From positions 1 through 53,978 of the IMG/VR virus record IMGVR_UViG_3300035703_004045: DNA of 53,978 nucleotides; one strand, 5' to 3'. The stretch is from a virus. Its lineage: Duplodnaviria > Caudoviricetes. Positions 46,470-53,978 of the stretch are shown piece by piece; positions within the stretch are counted from its first letter, which is position 1, and each line of letters begins with the position of its first letter. The notes under the pieces are model-generated. The model made no database searches and was not told the origin of the DNA. It was given only the letters and a program-made list of their open reading frames with translations. The position numbers and the translations under genes were made by a program.

Positions 46470-47327
46470 TTACTCCTTGGAATCATTGAGGGTGGGTGTT
46501 TGTGGATGTTGTGCAGGGCTGCCAGCGCCAGTGCCAACGCCAGCGCATTTGGCAATCAGGGCGCCCAAGTCAGGTGGTTCCAGCGGGTCGAGTCGACCGC
46601 TGCGGTCTTTGGCCGGATAGCCATAGGGGTTGATGGTGTGCGTGACAAAGGCACGGTAGGAGGTACCGTCATCAGCCTTGATTTCTGCCAGCGTCACTAC
46701 CTCGTCGACAATGCCAGGTAGCTGTAAAGCTGTGGCGCTGCCTTCGATTTGTGGCACAAACTGCTTTCGGCCGAAGTCATCTGTTTTGCTGTCCAAGATG
46801 GCTACGAACACCACGTTCTTGCCACGGGCATGCTGCAAATGGGTTAGCGCCGTGACCATTTCCTGACCGAGCAGACCATAAGCACCACGCGAGTCCGGTT
46901 TGCCGCTGCGTTCAGAAAACGCTGCTGGCTGGCTCTTACACCAGTTAAAACACAGTCGCGAGAGTGCTGTGATGGAGTCACAAAAGTAGGTCTGGTATTT
47001 ATTCAGACTGGCTGGGTCGCCGTAGATTGAGCACACATGGTCAAAGTGCGCCTGAGAAAACGGTACGTTGTCGGGCAATGCCGGATTCGGCCCCGCCAGA
47101 TAGACCACCAAATCCCGAAACTCGGGCCATGTGCGTGGTCGCAGGCAGTCGCCATTCCAGTCGGAGACCGACAGGTCGCCGGCTTCCAAATCAATGAACA
47201 GTGTCGAACGGGGATCCAGTGATTTGAGTTGGGTGGTCTTACCAATGCCACTCACACCCAAAAGCACAATCTTGACACCACGGCGCTGCGCACGCCGCTC
47301 ATCAGCGGTAATGATGGGAAATGCCAT
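46470..47327 (-). CDS. Sak4-like P-loop ATPase (AAA_24) recombination protein
   Basis: GVSGIGKT, LFIDLEAG, DSIT, AKDRSG. Confidence 0.82.
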   Translation of the reverse strand: MAFPIITADERRAQRRGVKIVLLGVSGIGKTTQLKSLDPRSTLFIDLEAGDLSVSDWNGDCLRPRTWPEFRDLVVYLAGPNPALPDNVPFSQAHFDHVCSIYGDPASLNKYQTYFCDSITALSRLCFNWCKSQPAAFSERSGKPDSRGAYGLLGQEMVTALTHLQHARGKNVVFVAILDSKTDDFGRKQFVPQIEGSATALQLPGIVDEVVTLAEIKADDGTSYRAFVTHTINPYGYPAKDRSGRLDPLEPPDLGALIAKCAGVGTGAGSPAQHPQTPTLNDSKE

Positions 47328-48089
47328 TTATGCCACCTCTTTCATTTGATCAATCACCACTGGATTCCAGAGAATTTGGTAGCCCGAGTGACCATTGCGC
47401 GAATATGGCAACGACTCACCCCACTCCTTACCTGCCTCTGTCAGCTCCCACTCATCACGGTCATTGCGCAGTTGCAAACCCATTGCAGCCAGACGGGCAT
47501 TGACACTGCGAGCCGATATGCCCAACTGCTGCCCCAGCTTGGTTGGATTCATGGAGGCTATTGGTTCGTCATTGACAGGCAATGCATGACGAATGGTTTC
47601 AATGGATAGACCGGTGTTTTCCTGAATGCAGGTCAAGGTGGCAGCCATAGCGATGCCATGCTTGACTCCGGGAACTTTTGCCACTGCTTCGCCAATTAGC
47701 AGCAACGATAAGACTCGATCCTGCGTAGCTGACGGTAATGTTGGTACAGATTGGGCTGATGCATAAGAGCCAGTCTTGCGAATTGATGGGATAACTTCGT
47801 GTGTCACCCACCGTTTGAAGCGCTTGGCTGTTTCTTTGGTGCTGCCCAATATAAGCGCATACAAGCCGTATTCACTGACATGGTTGGCACGCTGTGTGCG
47901 ACCGAGGTTATCGATGACCTCCATTTTTTGGAGGTCATCGCTGTCCACATGGGATTTGACTGCTTGGGATGGGTTTCCCAATTCCAGCGCTTGGCAAACG
48001 TCGCTGACATTGAACCATGGCTGTCCAGCAGCATCTAGATTGACACGCAGTGCATGACTTTCAAATTCAAATGGGATGATTGGGGACAT
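47328..48089 (-). CDS. BRO-N domain antirepressor-like protein
   Basis: PWFNVSDVCQAL, VSEYGLYALI, AKRFKRWVTHEVIPSIRKTGSY. Confidence 0.9.
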   Translation of the reverse strand: MSPIIPFEFESHALRVNLDAAGQPWFNVSDVCQALELGNPSQAVKSHVDSDDLQKMEVIDNLGRTQRANHVSEYGLYALILGSTKETAKRFKRWVTHEVIPSIRKTGSYASAQSVPTLPSATQDRVLSLLLIGEAVAKVPGVKHGIAMAATLTCIQENTGLSIETIRHALPVNDEPIASMNPTKLGQQLGISARSVNARLAAMGLQLRNDRDEWELTEAGKEWGESLPYSRNGHSGYQILWNPVVIDQMKEVA

Positions 48090-48091
48090 GA

Positions 48092-48592
48092 TCAGGACTC
48101 CTGTGAATCTATGGAAAGGGTGAAAGACGGTTTGCCTGGCTCCACCGTGCGGGCGGCAGCAAATTGCTGTTGCAGCGTGGGTGGCCAGTTGCTGTAGCGA
48201 GATTCCGATACCGATAACTTGACGTCGATGTAGCTCTTGACTTGCTCACCAGATGCCACAACGCGCTCGGCAATCTCGCCTAACTGCTTTTGATCCCAGG
48301 TGACTTTTTTGGGGAGTTCGAACTTAATACGCAGCGGTCCGTCAGTGATGTAGGCAGTGCCAAAATCACGGCCAGATTCACGTAATGCAGCTTGTGCTTG
48401 CTCGCCATAGCATTGCAACAATTCAGAATCAAGTTTGACATGTGCGGACTTGACGGCATTGCTTAGTTGATCAAGGTAGCGCTTCGCATCGTTTTTTTGC
48501 TCGGGGCTCAGTTTGGCAAATTGGGACGTAGAGAGCTCGGTCAAGTCAGTCAGAAAGGTGGTAAGGTCGATCATGATTGCTGCTCCATTCAT
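48092..48592 (-). CDS. Hypothetical phage early protein
   Basis: 166 aa coupled to neighbours; LPKKVTWDQKQL. Confidence 0.7.
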   Translation of the reverse strand: MNGAAIMIDLTTFLTDLTELSTSQFAKLSPEQKNDAKRYLDQLSNAVKSAHVKLDSELLQCYGEQAQAALRESGRDFGTAYITDGPLRIKFELPKKVTWDQKQLGEIAERVVASGEQVKSYIDVKLSVSESRYSNWPPTLQQQFAAARTVEPGKPSFTLSIDSQES

Positions 48593-48855
48593 TGGTAAAC
48601 CGATGTGAAAGTGGAGTGGCGTGAGACCTTGCGCTCGTAGGCTTCGACCTCAGAGATGAGATAGGTGACCCTGGCGCCCATCTTGCAAAAAATGGGGCCC
48701 AGATTGCCGGACTGGCGCCAGCGGCGCAGTGTTTTGACGGACAGTCCCCAGCGCTGGGACAGTTCGTGTTCGTCGATTGCGATGCGCTGTGCTACCGGGC
48801 GAGACATGTGCCGCTGAACGCGGTCAGATTGGACAATAAGTTGGTTGCTTTGCAT
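48589..48855 (-). CDS. AlpA/Xis-like HTH DNA-binding protein
   Basis: Start at MQSNQL with AGGAGG RBS; ELSQRWGLSVKTLRRWR...GPIFCKMGARVTY. Confidence 0.85.
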   Translation of the reverse strand: MQSNQLIVQSDRVQRHMSRPVAQRIAIDEHELSQRWGLSVKTLRRWRQSGNLGPIFCKMGARVTYLISEVEAYERKVSRHSTFTSVYQ

Positions 48856-48901
48856 TTCGATGTACCTCCTGTTTGGAATGCACACCGATATTCCTTCTGC
48901 A

Positions 48902-48944
48902 ATTTATGGTCGATTTAGGGTGAGATTTATGGTTTATTTATGGT
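48902..48944. repeat. Four phased 9-bp direct repeats ATTTA(T/G)GGT
   Basis: Starts at 48902, 48913, 48925, 48936 (spacing 11, 12, 11). Confidence 0.85.
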
Positions 48945-49888
48945 TTTTTAGTTTCTGCACGACGTAGGCGATATTTGCCACGCGAAACCAGGGCGAAAAT
49001 ATTTTCGCGAGCTTCTTTTCCGCCGAACGCATCTTCAAAAGATGTATATCCAATCTTTTTATCTGCATTCATTTCACTCCAGGATACGATCGGGGGTTCT
49101 TTTTCTTGCTGCCCCCAAGCGCGTTGTACGATCTTGATTTGGGTCTCTGTTAAAGCGATTGGCTCTATAAAGTGAGCCAGCATCAGCATCTTTCCGTCTA
49201 GATATTCATGGGGTTTCTTTTCCGACGGTTTGCTCCTGTTTCGCTGCACAATCCGGTTCAGCATCTTGTGATCGAAGGTGTTTTGGTCATCTGAGAAATC
49301 AACGAAATCTGCCAGACAGCGTTTCGGGTACTCATCCTGGGGCTTTGTGGTTAATACCGTGTCAACCAAAACCATCACATCGCCACTGTCAAAATGATCT
49401 TCCAGGGTGTGTTGGATCAGTGCATCTGCTGCGCCGCGTTGGCGTCGTGCCACGGCTATTTTGGTATGCACATCCATGGCAGGGGGTGCAATATCGCCCA
49501 GATACCATACATGGTCTTGGGCCAACTCTGGGTTGTTCGGTCGCGACTTGGGGTGAATTTTCAGAAGATCAGCCATATCGTCAAGCCACTTGGACATATT
49601 GACCGCATACATCGTGACTTCCCAGAGTGGTGCTGTGATGATATGACGTATCCTGTGTGGGTTTTGATAGCGATAAATGCCGAGTGCCTGATCAATTTCA
49701 ATCTCGACCTCTATCGTGTCATCCAGGTACTCGACCATATGATGGGTCAGATAGCCGATTGCTTTGACCCATCCTCTGTCTAGAAAGTCTGCCCGGTATT
49801 CCTGCAATTTATTTTCAAAGAAAACATCATTGAGATTGGGCAGACTATTGATCAGATCAAAGAATCTGACAAACGGGGACAGTTTCAC
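48938..49888 (-). CDS. Hypothetical protein with possible C-terminal winged helix
   Basis: 316 aa, GTG start overlapping upstream stop; C-terminal LTETQIKIV...RGKYRL. Confidence 0.75.
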   Translation of the reverse strand: MKLSPFVRFFDLINSLPNLNDVFFENKLQEYRADFLDRGWVKAIGYLTHHMVEYLDDTIEVEIEIDQALGIYRYQNPHRIRHIITAPLWEVTMYAVNMSKWLDDMADLLKIHPKSRPNNPELAQDHVWYLGDIAPPAMDVHTKIAVARRQRGAADALIQHTLEDHFDSGDVMVLVDTVLTTKPQDEYPKRCLADFVDFSDDQNTFDHKMLNRIVQRNRSKPSEKKPHEYLDGKMLMLAHFIEPIALTETQIKIVQRAWGQQEKEPPIVSWSEMNADKKIGYTSFEDAFGGKEARENIFALVSRGKYRLRRAETKKP

Positions 49889-51333
49889 GCTGCCGCGACT
49901 TCCGTCATGATGCCTAATTTGATCAGCTGTTGGCGCATCAGCAGCACATCCTCCGATGTTTTACATCGACTGCTCAGTCCATTCGGACTGGTAATTTGTA
50001 CCGCAATATTGTGGGCTTTGCGGTGTGCTTGTTTGGCGATGGAAAAGCACAGGTTGACCTTGGAAATATCGTCGCCATCCAAGCTTTGAATTTTGAAATC
50101 ATTCTGGGCAATTTCATAGATATTGCGTTGGTCGCGTCGATCACGCCATATTTCCTGGTGACTGCAAATTTTTCGCTTAGCCTCACTCGGTTGCGTAGTC
50201 GCGCCATTCACCTCACTCAACTGATGACTTAAACGAATTTTTTGAATGCTGATGGATTGCACTCCGGGGATAGTGGAGTTGGAAATCTTTTGCAAAATTG
50301 AGCTGGAGCCAAATTCTTTGAGGTCAAAGCTGCACATCGGCAGACCCGTCACTGCCACATCACTGGCGAGCACGACCTTTTGAAAGAGCGTTGCGAGCTG
50401 GCTGCGTACAGACTTTTCCTTGCAGAACACTCCCAACATGCCACTTTCAGGCTCCCAGGAAAACACAATATCCAAGGCAGCAATTTCTTCTTTTTCGATG
50501 ACCTCAGCAGCTTCCACTTTTTTGTAAAAAGCCATGGTACCGTTAAAAGTCGCAGTGATCGTATGTTGCCGCTTTTGCGGTGCGTCTGGCTCATCAACTG
50601 ATCCGTCATGTCGGCTGGTATGCGATTTGTCCTGGTTATGAAAGAACTGAATCAAAATGTCAGCGGCATCCACTTCTACAAACAATTCACTGATCATTTG
50701 TTTTAATTGGTCTGCAACTTCCACGTCCGTACGGGGTATTACACCTTTGGGTCCGAGAAAATGGCTAGCGTAATCCTGGTTCGACCATTGGTGATTGATG
50801 GATTGCCGCCACTCCGCCAGTTCAAATCTGCGGTCTTGTTCTCGATCAGGCGCAGGAAATTCTTGTTGCATAAAAAGATAGAGAGCACGGGTAAATCGAT
50901 CGGAAGGCTCTGCTAGTGCAGCAGCGTCATCTTCGTTTTTCTTATCGAGTTGTGACATAACTGCTTGGATACCAAAGTCATCTCTCAGCGCCTGGATCCG
51001 GTCGCAACATTTATTGAGTCGTATTTGTAATTCTTTGGGCTGGTTGGCTAGCCATTCATAAAATTGACGCCGCACCGGTGCAGGCAGCGCTGCTTTAGCG
51101 GTTTTTGCACAATCCTGAACTACTTGCGGTACTTGATTCAGACCGATGCGCTCTACCAAATGCAGTAAGCGAAGTGGCTGTTTTACCCGGCGGGAAAGCG
51201 TTACAAAATGTTCCATATGCGGCAACAATGACTCACCTGCATCATCGGTAGGTTTTTTTCTTGGCATGGTTAGACGCAAATCATTGGCATCAAGTTCTGG
51301 CACCAAGGTGAATTTGGTTTCTGGATTTGACAT
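49885..51333 (-). CDS. Hypothetical protein (482 aa), first gene of the early operon
   Basis: Start at MSNPETK with AAGGAG RBS; no motif recognised. Confidence 0.8.
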   Translation of the reverse strand: MSNPETKFTLVPELDANDLRLTMPRKKPTDDAGESLLPHMEHFVTLSRRVKQPLRLLHLVERIGLNQVPQVVQDCAKTAKAALPAPVRRQFYEWLANQPKELQIRLNKCCDRIQALRDDFGIQAVMSQLDKKNEDDAAALAEPSDRFTRALYLFMQQEFPAPDREQDRRFELAEWRQSINHQWSNQDYASHFLGPKGVIPRTDVEVADQLKQMISELFVEVDAADILIQFFHNQDKSHTSRHDGSVDEPDAPQKRQHTITATFNGTMAFYKKVEAAEVIEKEEIAALDIVFSWEPESGMLGVFCKEKSVRSQLATLFQKVVLASDVAVTGLPMCSFDLKEFGSSSILQKISNSTIPGVQSISIQKIRLSHQLSEVNGATTQPSEAKRKICSHQEIWRDRRDQRNIYEIAQNDFKIQSLDGDDISKVNLCFSIAKQAHRKAHNIAVQITSPNGLSSRCKTSEDVLLMRQQLIKLGIMTEVAAA

Positions 51334-51350
51334 CTTTTGCTCCTTAAAAC

Positions 51351-51395
51351 AACTGTATGAAAAAACAGTATATGGCAATCTTTTTTTGTTACCAA
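51351..51395 (-). promoter_or_regulatory. LexA (SOS) box overlapping a sigma70 promoter
   Basis: TACTGTTTTTTCATACAGTT (CTGT-N8-ACAG, 51353-51368); -35 TTGGTA (51395-51390), 17-nt spacer, -10 TATACT (51372-51367). Confidence 0.85.
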
Positions 51396-51581
51396 TAGGT
51401 GATTTCTGAAAAAAGCAATTGTTGTAAATTTACATCGTTTGTATGAATGTGCAATGCATCTCAGTATTGGTATACCGGTGCGTGAATCTTGATCGCGTTA
51501 CCTCACCTTGCCCTACGTTGCGCACCATCTTGGGCGATTTGAATCATGATTGGCGGGTCTTTTCTATGCCCCCTGCCAACC

Positions 51582-51767
51582 ATGAAACCCATACTTCTCA
51601 CCCCTCCAGACAGGCTATCAGCAGCCCAGCGCGCGTTTGAAATCACCACCATCCTGGCTGCAGCTATTGTGCGTACCTACAACAGTGACATACAAGCCAC
51701 AGACGCTAAAGAAAGACAAGTTCGACTTGGCTTTTCTGGTCAGAAGCGCGTTCATAGCAACCCCTAA
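51582..51767 (+). CDS. Small hypothetical protein upstream of the integration module
   Basis: MKPILL...EITTILAAAIVRT; 3' end overlaps motif copy 5; weak RBS. Confidence 0.45.
   Translation: MKPILLTPPDRLSAAQRAFEITTILAAAIVRTYNSDIQATDAKERQVRLGFSGQKRVHSNP
51726..51756 (+). promoter_or_regulatory. Conserved upstream motif, copy 5
   Basis: CTTGGCTT-TTCTGGTCAGA-AGCGCGTT-CATA; core ends 32 nt before ATG 51785. Confidence 0.7.
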
Positions 51768-51784
51768 CTAAAAAGGATCTTTCT

Positions 51785-52237
51785 ATGAACGACACCCCAT
51801 CTGTTGCTGCCCAAGTGGCTGCGTTACCCACATTGCCGATGCAAGAACTCTGGACGATATGGGATCGGTATTTTCAACGGCGTCCTGACAAAACCAATCG
51901 CAGTTATATCGAGTCCAAGGTGGCTTACAAACTTCAAGAGGCTGCATACGGCGGATTGTCCGAACAGACAAAACGCAAGTTGATCAACATCGGTATGCGC
52001 CACTCCAAAATTAAAGGCAGACAATTACCGCGTGAAATTGAACTGGCACCCGGTACCGTGTTGATTCGTGAATGGGCGGAGCGTGACCACAAAGTGACCG
52101 TTACTGCCACAGGTACCTTTGAATACGATGGCCAGCATTTCAAAAGCCTTACCGCCGTAGCCCGTCACATTTCCGGCACCCATTGGTCTGGCCCCTTGTT
52201 TTTTGGCCTCAAAAACAAGCACAAGGAGTCAGCATGA
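51785..52237 (+). CDS. DUF2924-like protein
   Basis: AYKLQEAAYGGL, PGTVLIREW, FKSLTAVARHISGTHWSGPLFFGL. Confidence 0.85.
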   Translation: MNDTPSVAAQVAALPTLPMQELWTIWDRYFQRRPDKTNRSYIESKVAYKLQEAAYGGLSEQTKRKLINIGMRHSKIKGRQLPREIELAPGTVLIREWAERDHKVTVTATGTFEYDGQHFKSLTAVARHISGTHWSGPLFFGLKNKHKESA

Positions 52238-53616
52238 ACGCATCCAGCCAGATTGCATCACCCAAACCCAGAAAACGGTGTGCCGTGTACTGCCGCGTAT
52301 CCAGCGATGAGCGCTTGGATCAAGAGTTCAACTCGATCGATGCCCAAAAAGAAGCCGGGCATGCCTATGTAGCAAGCCAACGCGCTGAGGGCTGGATTCC
52401 GGTGGCTGATGATTATGACGATCCTGGCTACTCCGGTGGCAACACCGAACGCCCTGGACTCAAACGCTTGCTGGCTGACATTGAGCGCAGCCAGATCGAC
52501 ATCGTTGTGGTCTATAAAATTGACCGGCTCACCCGCAGTCTGGCGGATTTTTCCAAAATGGTCGAAGTGTTTGAGCGCCAAGGCGTGTCCTTTGTATCCG
52601 TCACACAGCAGTTCAACACCACCACCTCCATGGGGCGCTTGATGCTGAACGTACTGTTGTCGTTTGCCCAGTTCGAGCGCGAAGTGACCGGTGAGCGCAT
52701 TCGCGACAAAATTGCCGCCAGCAAACGCAAAGGACTCTGGATGGGTGGTGTGCCGCCTCTGGGCTACAACGTGGTGAACCGACAGTTGGTCATTAACGAA
52801 AAAGAAGCCGAACTGGTGCGACGTATCTTTGGCGAAATGCTCACCATTGGTTCGCCCACCCGCATTGCAGAAGGGCTGAATAATGAAGGCATCACGACCA
52901 AAGCCTGGACAACCCAAGAGGGGCAAGAACGTGCTGGTACCCAGATAGACCGCAAGTACCTGTATAAACTGCTGCGCAACCGCATGTATTTGGGTGAGCT
53001 ATCGCACAAGGGAACTTGGTTTACCGGTGCACACGAGGCCATTATTGACCAGGGATTGTGGGGTAGGGTGCAGGAAGTCATCCAGCGTGACCCACACCAA
53101 AGGTCGGTAGAGACCCAGACCCGGGGCAAAACGGATGCGCTATTGCGCGGGCTGCTCTACAGCTCCTCTGGTGAGCCAATGTATCCGACCTACGCCAGCA
53201 AGAACAAGGTCAAGTATCGCTATTACGTATCCAGGTCGGAAATGAAGTTTGGACCGAATAGCAAAACGCATGTTCGCATACCCGCAGCAGAAATTGAAGC
53301 CGCAGCGGTGGCTCAAATACTGACTGTACTCAGCAGCCCAGAGTCCATTGCAACTGTCTGCAAAAGGGTAGAAGCCTGTGATACACCGCTGCGTGAGGAT
53401 GCAGTGGTTATGGCGATGCATCGCTTGGGCCAGGTGTGGTCGCAGCTCTATCCGCTGGAACATGTCCGGATTGTGAAATTAATGATTGAACGGATTGATT
53501 TGGTTGATGGCGGCATCAAGATCAAATGGCACTCACTGGGCTGGAAGGCGCTGATCCAAGAGTTTGCTGTTAATAGCATCGGTTCAGAACTGGTCGAGTC
53601 GGAGATTTTGGCATGA
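52234..53616 (+). CDS. Large serine recombinase (integrase)
   Basis: Start at MNASSQ with AAGGAG RBS; AVYCRVSS, DRLTRS, FAQFERE, PPLGY, HEAII. Confidence 0.95.
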   Translation: MNASSQIASPKPRKRCAVYCRVSSDERLDQEFNSIDAQKEAGHAYVASQRAEGWIPVADDYDDPGYSGGNTERPGLKRLLADIERSQIDIVVVYKIDRLTRSLADFSKMVEVFERQGVSFVSVTQQFNTTTSMGRLMLNVLLSFAQFEREVTGERIRDKIAASKRKGLWMGGVPPLGYNVVNRQLVINEKEAELVRRIFGEMLTIGSPTRIAEGLNNEGITTKAWTTQEGQERAGTQIDRKYLYKLLRNRMYLGELSHKGTWFTGAHEAIIDQGLWGRVQEVIQRDPHQRSVETQTRGKTDALLRGLLYSSSGEPMYPTYASKNKVKYRYYVSRSEMKFGPNSKTHVRIPAAEIEAAAVAQILTVLSSPESIATVCKRVEACDTPLREDAVVMAMHRLGQVWSQLYPLEHVRIVKLMIERIDLVDGGIKIKWHSLGWKALIQEFAVNSIGSELVESEILA

Positions 53617-53978
53617 TGGATAGTCACTTGGAAAGCTACGTGCCATTGACGCTGCAGCGGCGCGGGGTACTGCAAATGGACGGGATGGATGTCATAGCCC
53701 ACAACACTACATTTGTGGCGGAGCTGGCAAGGGCGTTTTACTGGCGCAGTCTGATCGACACCGGGGTGATGAAAAGTGGCTCTGAAATTGCCAGCAGGGA
53801 GGGCTTGACCTATGCCGTTGTCAATGCATCGCTGCGATTGACATTGCTGGCGCCGGACATTGTCGAACTACTTATGCGTGGCAAGCAACCGCCAAAAATG
53901 AATTTACGGTGGTTTTTGCGCCACCGCTTTCCTGTGGATTGGCAGGCGCAGCGAGATTTGATGAACACATTCCAATAA
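53613..53978 (+). CDS. Recombinase-associated small HTH-like protein
   Basis: LARAFYWRSLIDTG...LRLTLLAPDIVE; overlaps recombinase stop. Confidence 0.75.
   Translation: MMDSHLESYVPLTLQRRGVLQMDGMDVIAHNTTFVAELARAFYWRSLIDTGVMKSGSEIASREGLTYAVVNASLRLTLLAPDIVELLMRGKQPPKMNLRWFLRHRFPVDWQAQRDLMNTFQ

Larger units (their letters stand above)
4401..53978. mobile_element. Lambda-like siphovirus prophage with serine recombinase (ends not defined; may extend past both coordinates)
   Basis: Ordered terminase, portal, protease, capsid, tail, replication and recombinase modules; att sites not identified. Confidence 0.92.

Noticed and set aside
47328-48089. BRO protein as the missing prophage repressor
   Set aside because: BRO-N proteins are antirepressor-like; it lies inside the lytic early operon and lacks XRE and S24 domains

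Overview
Almost the whole window (about 4.4 kb to the right edge) is one lambda-like siphovirus prophage, probably from a betaproteobacterial host. Right to left: a serine-recombinase integration module (+ strand), a leftward early/replication operon, a lambda-like cos region, two ParB-fused DNA methyltransferases, cargo genes, terminase, head and tail genes and two small membrane genes. A C5 methyltransferase and a DISARM DrmD-like helicase follow at the left edge. Main points: (1) no CI-like repressor is visible, and a near-consensus LexA box overlaps a sigma70 promoter driving two large unknown genes at the head of the early operon, followed by four phased ATTTATGGT repeats; (2) the motif CTTGGCTT-N11-AGCGCGTT occurs five times, each 32-43 nt before a + strand gene (four small cargo cassettes and the integrase operon); (3) the large terminase carries two LAGLIDADG inteins, one a Pro1/WCT class 3 intein; (4) a toxin-antitoxin cluster sits in the tail operon beside a relic copy of the tape-measure start; (5) there is a lambda G/GT-type -1 frameshift site. 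Family and DUF names come from motif recognition and memory, not from database searches. No att sites, tRNA, rRNA or CRISPR array were found.
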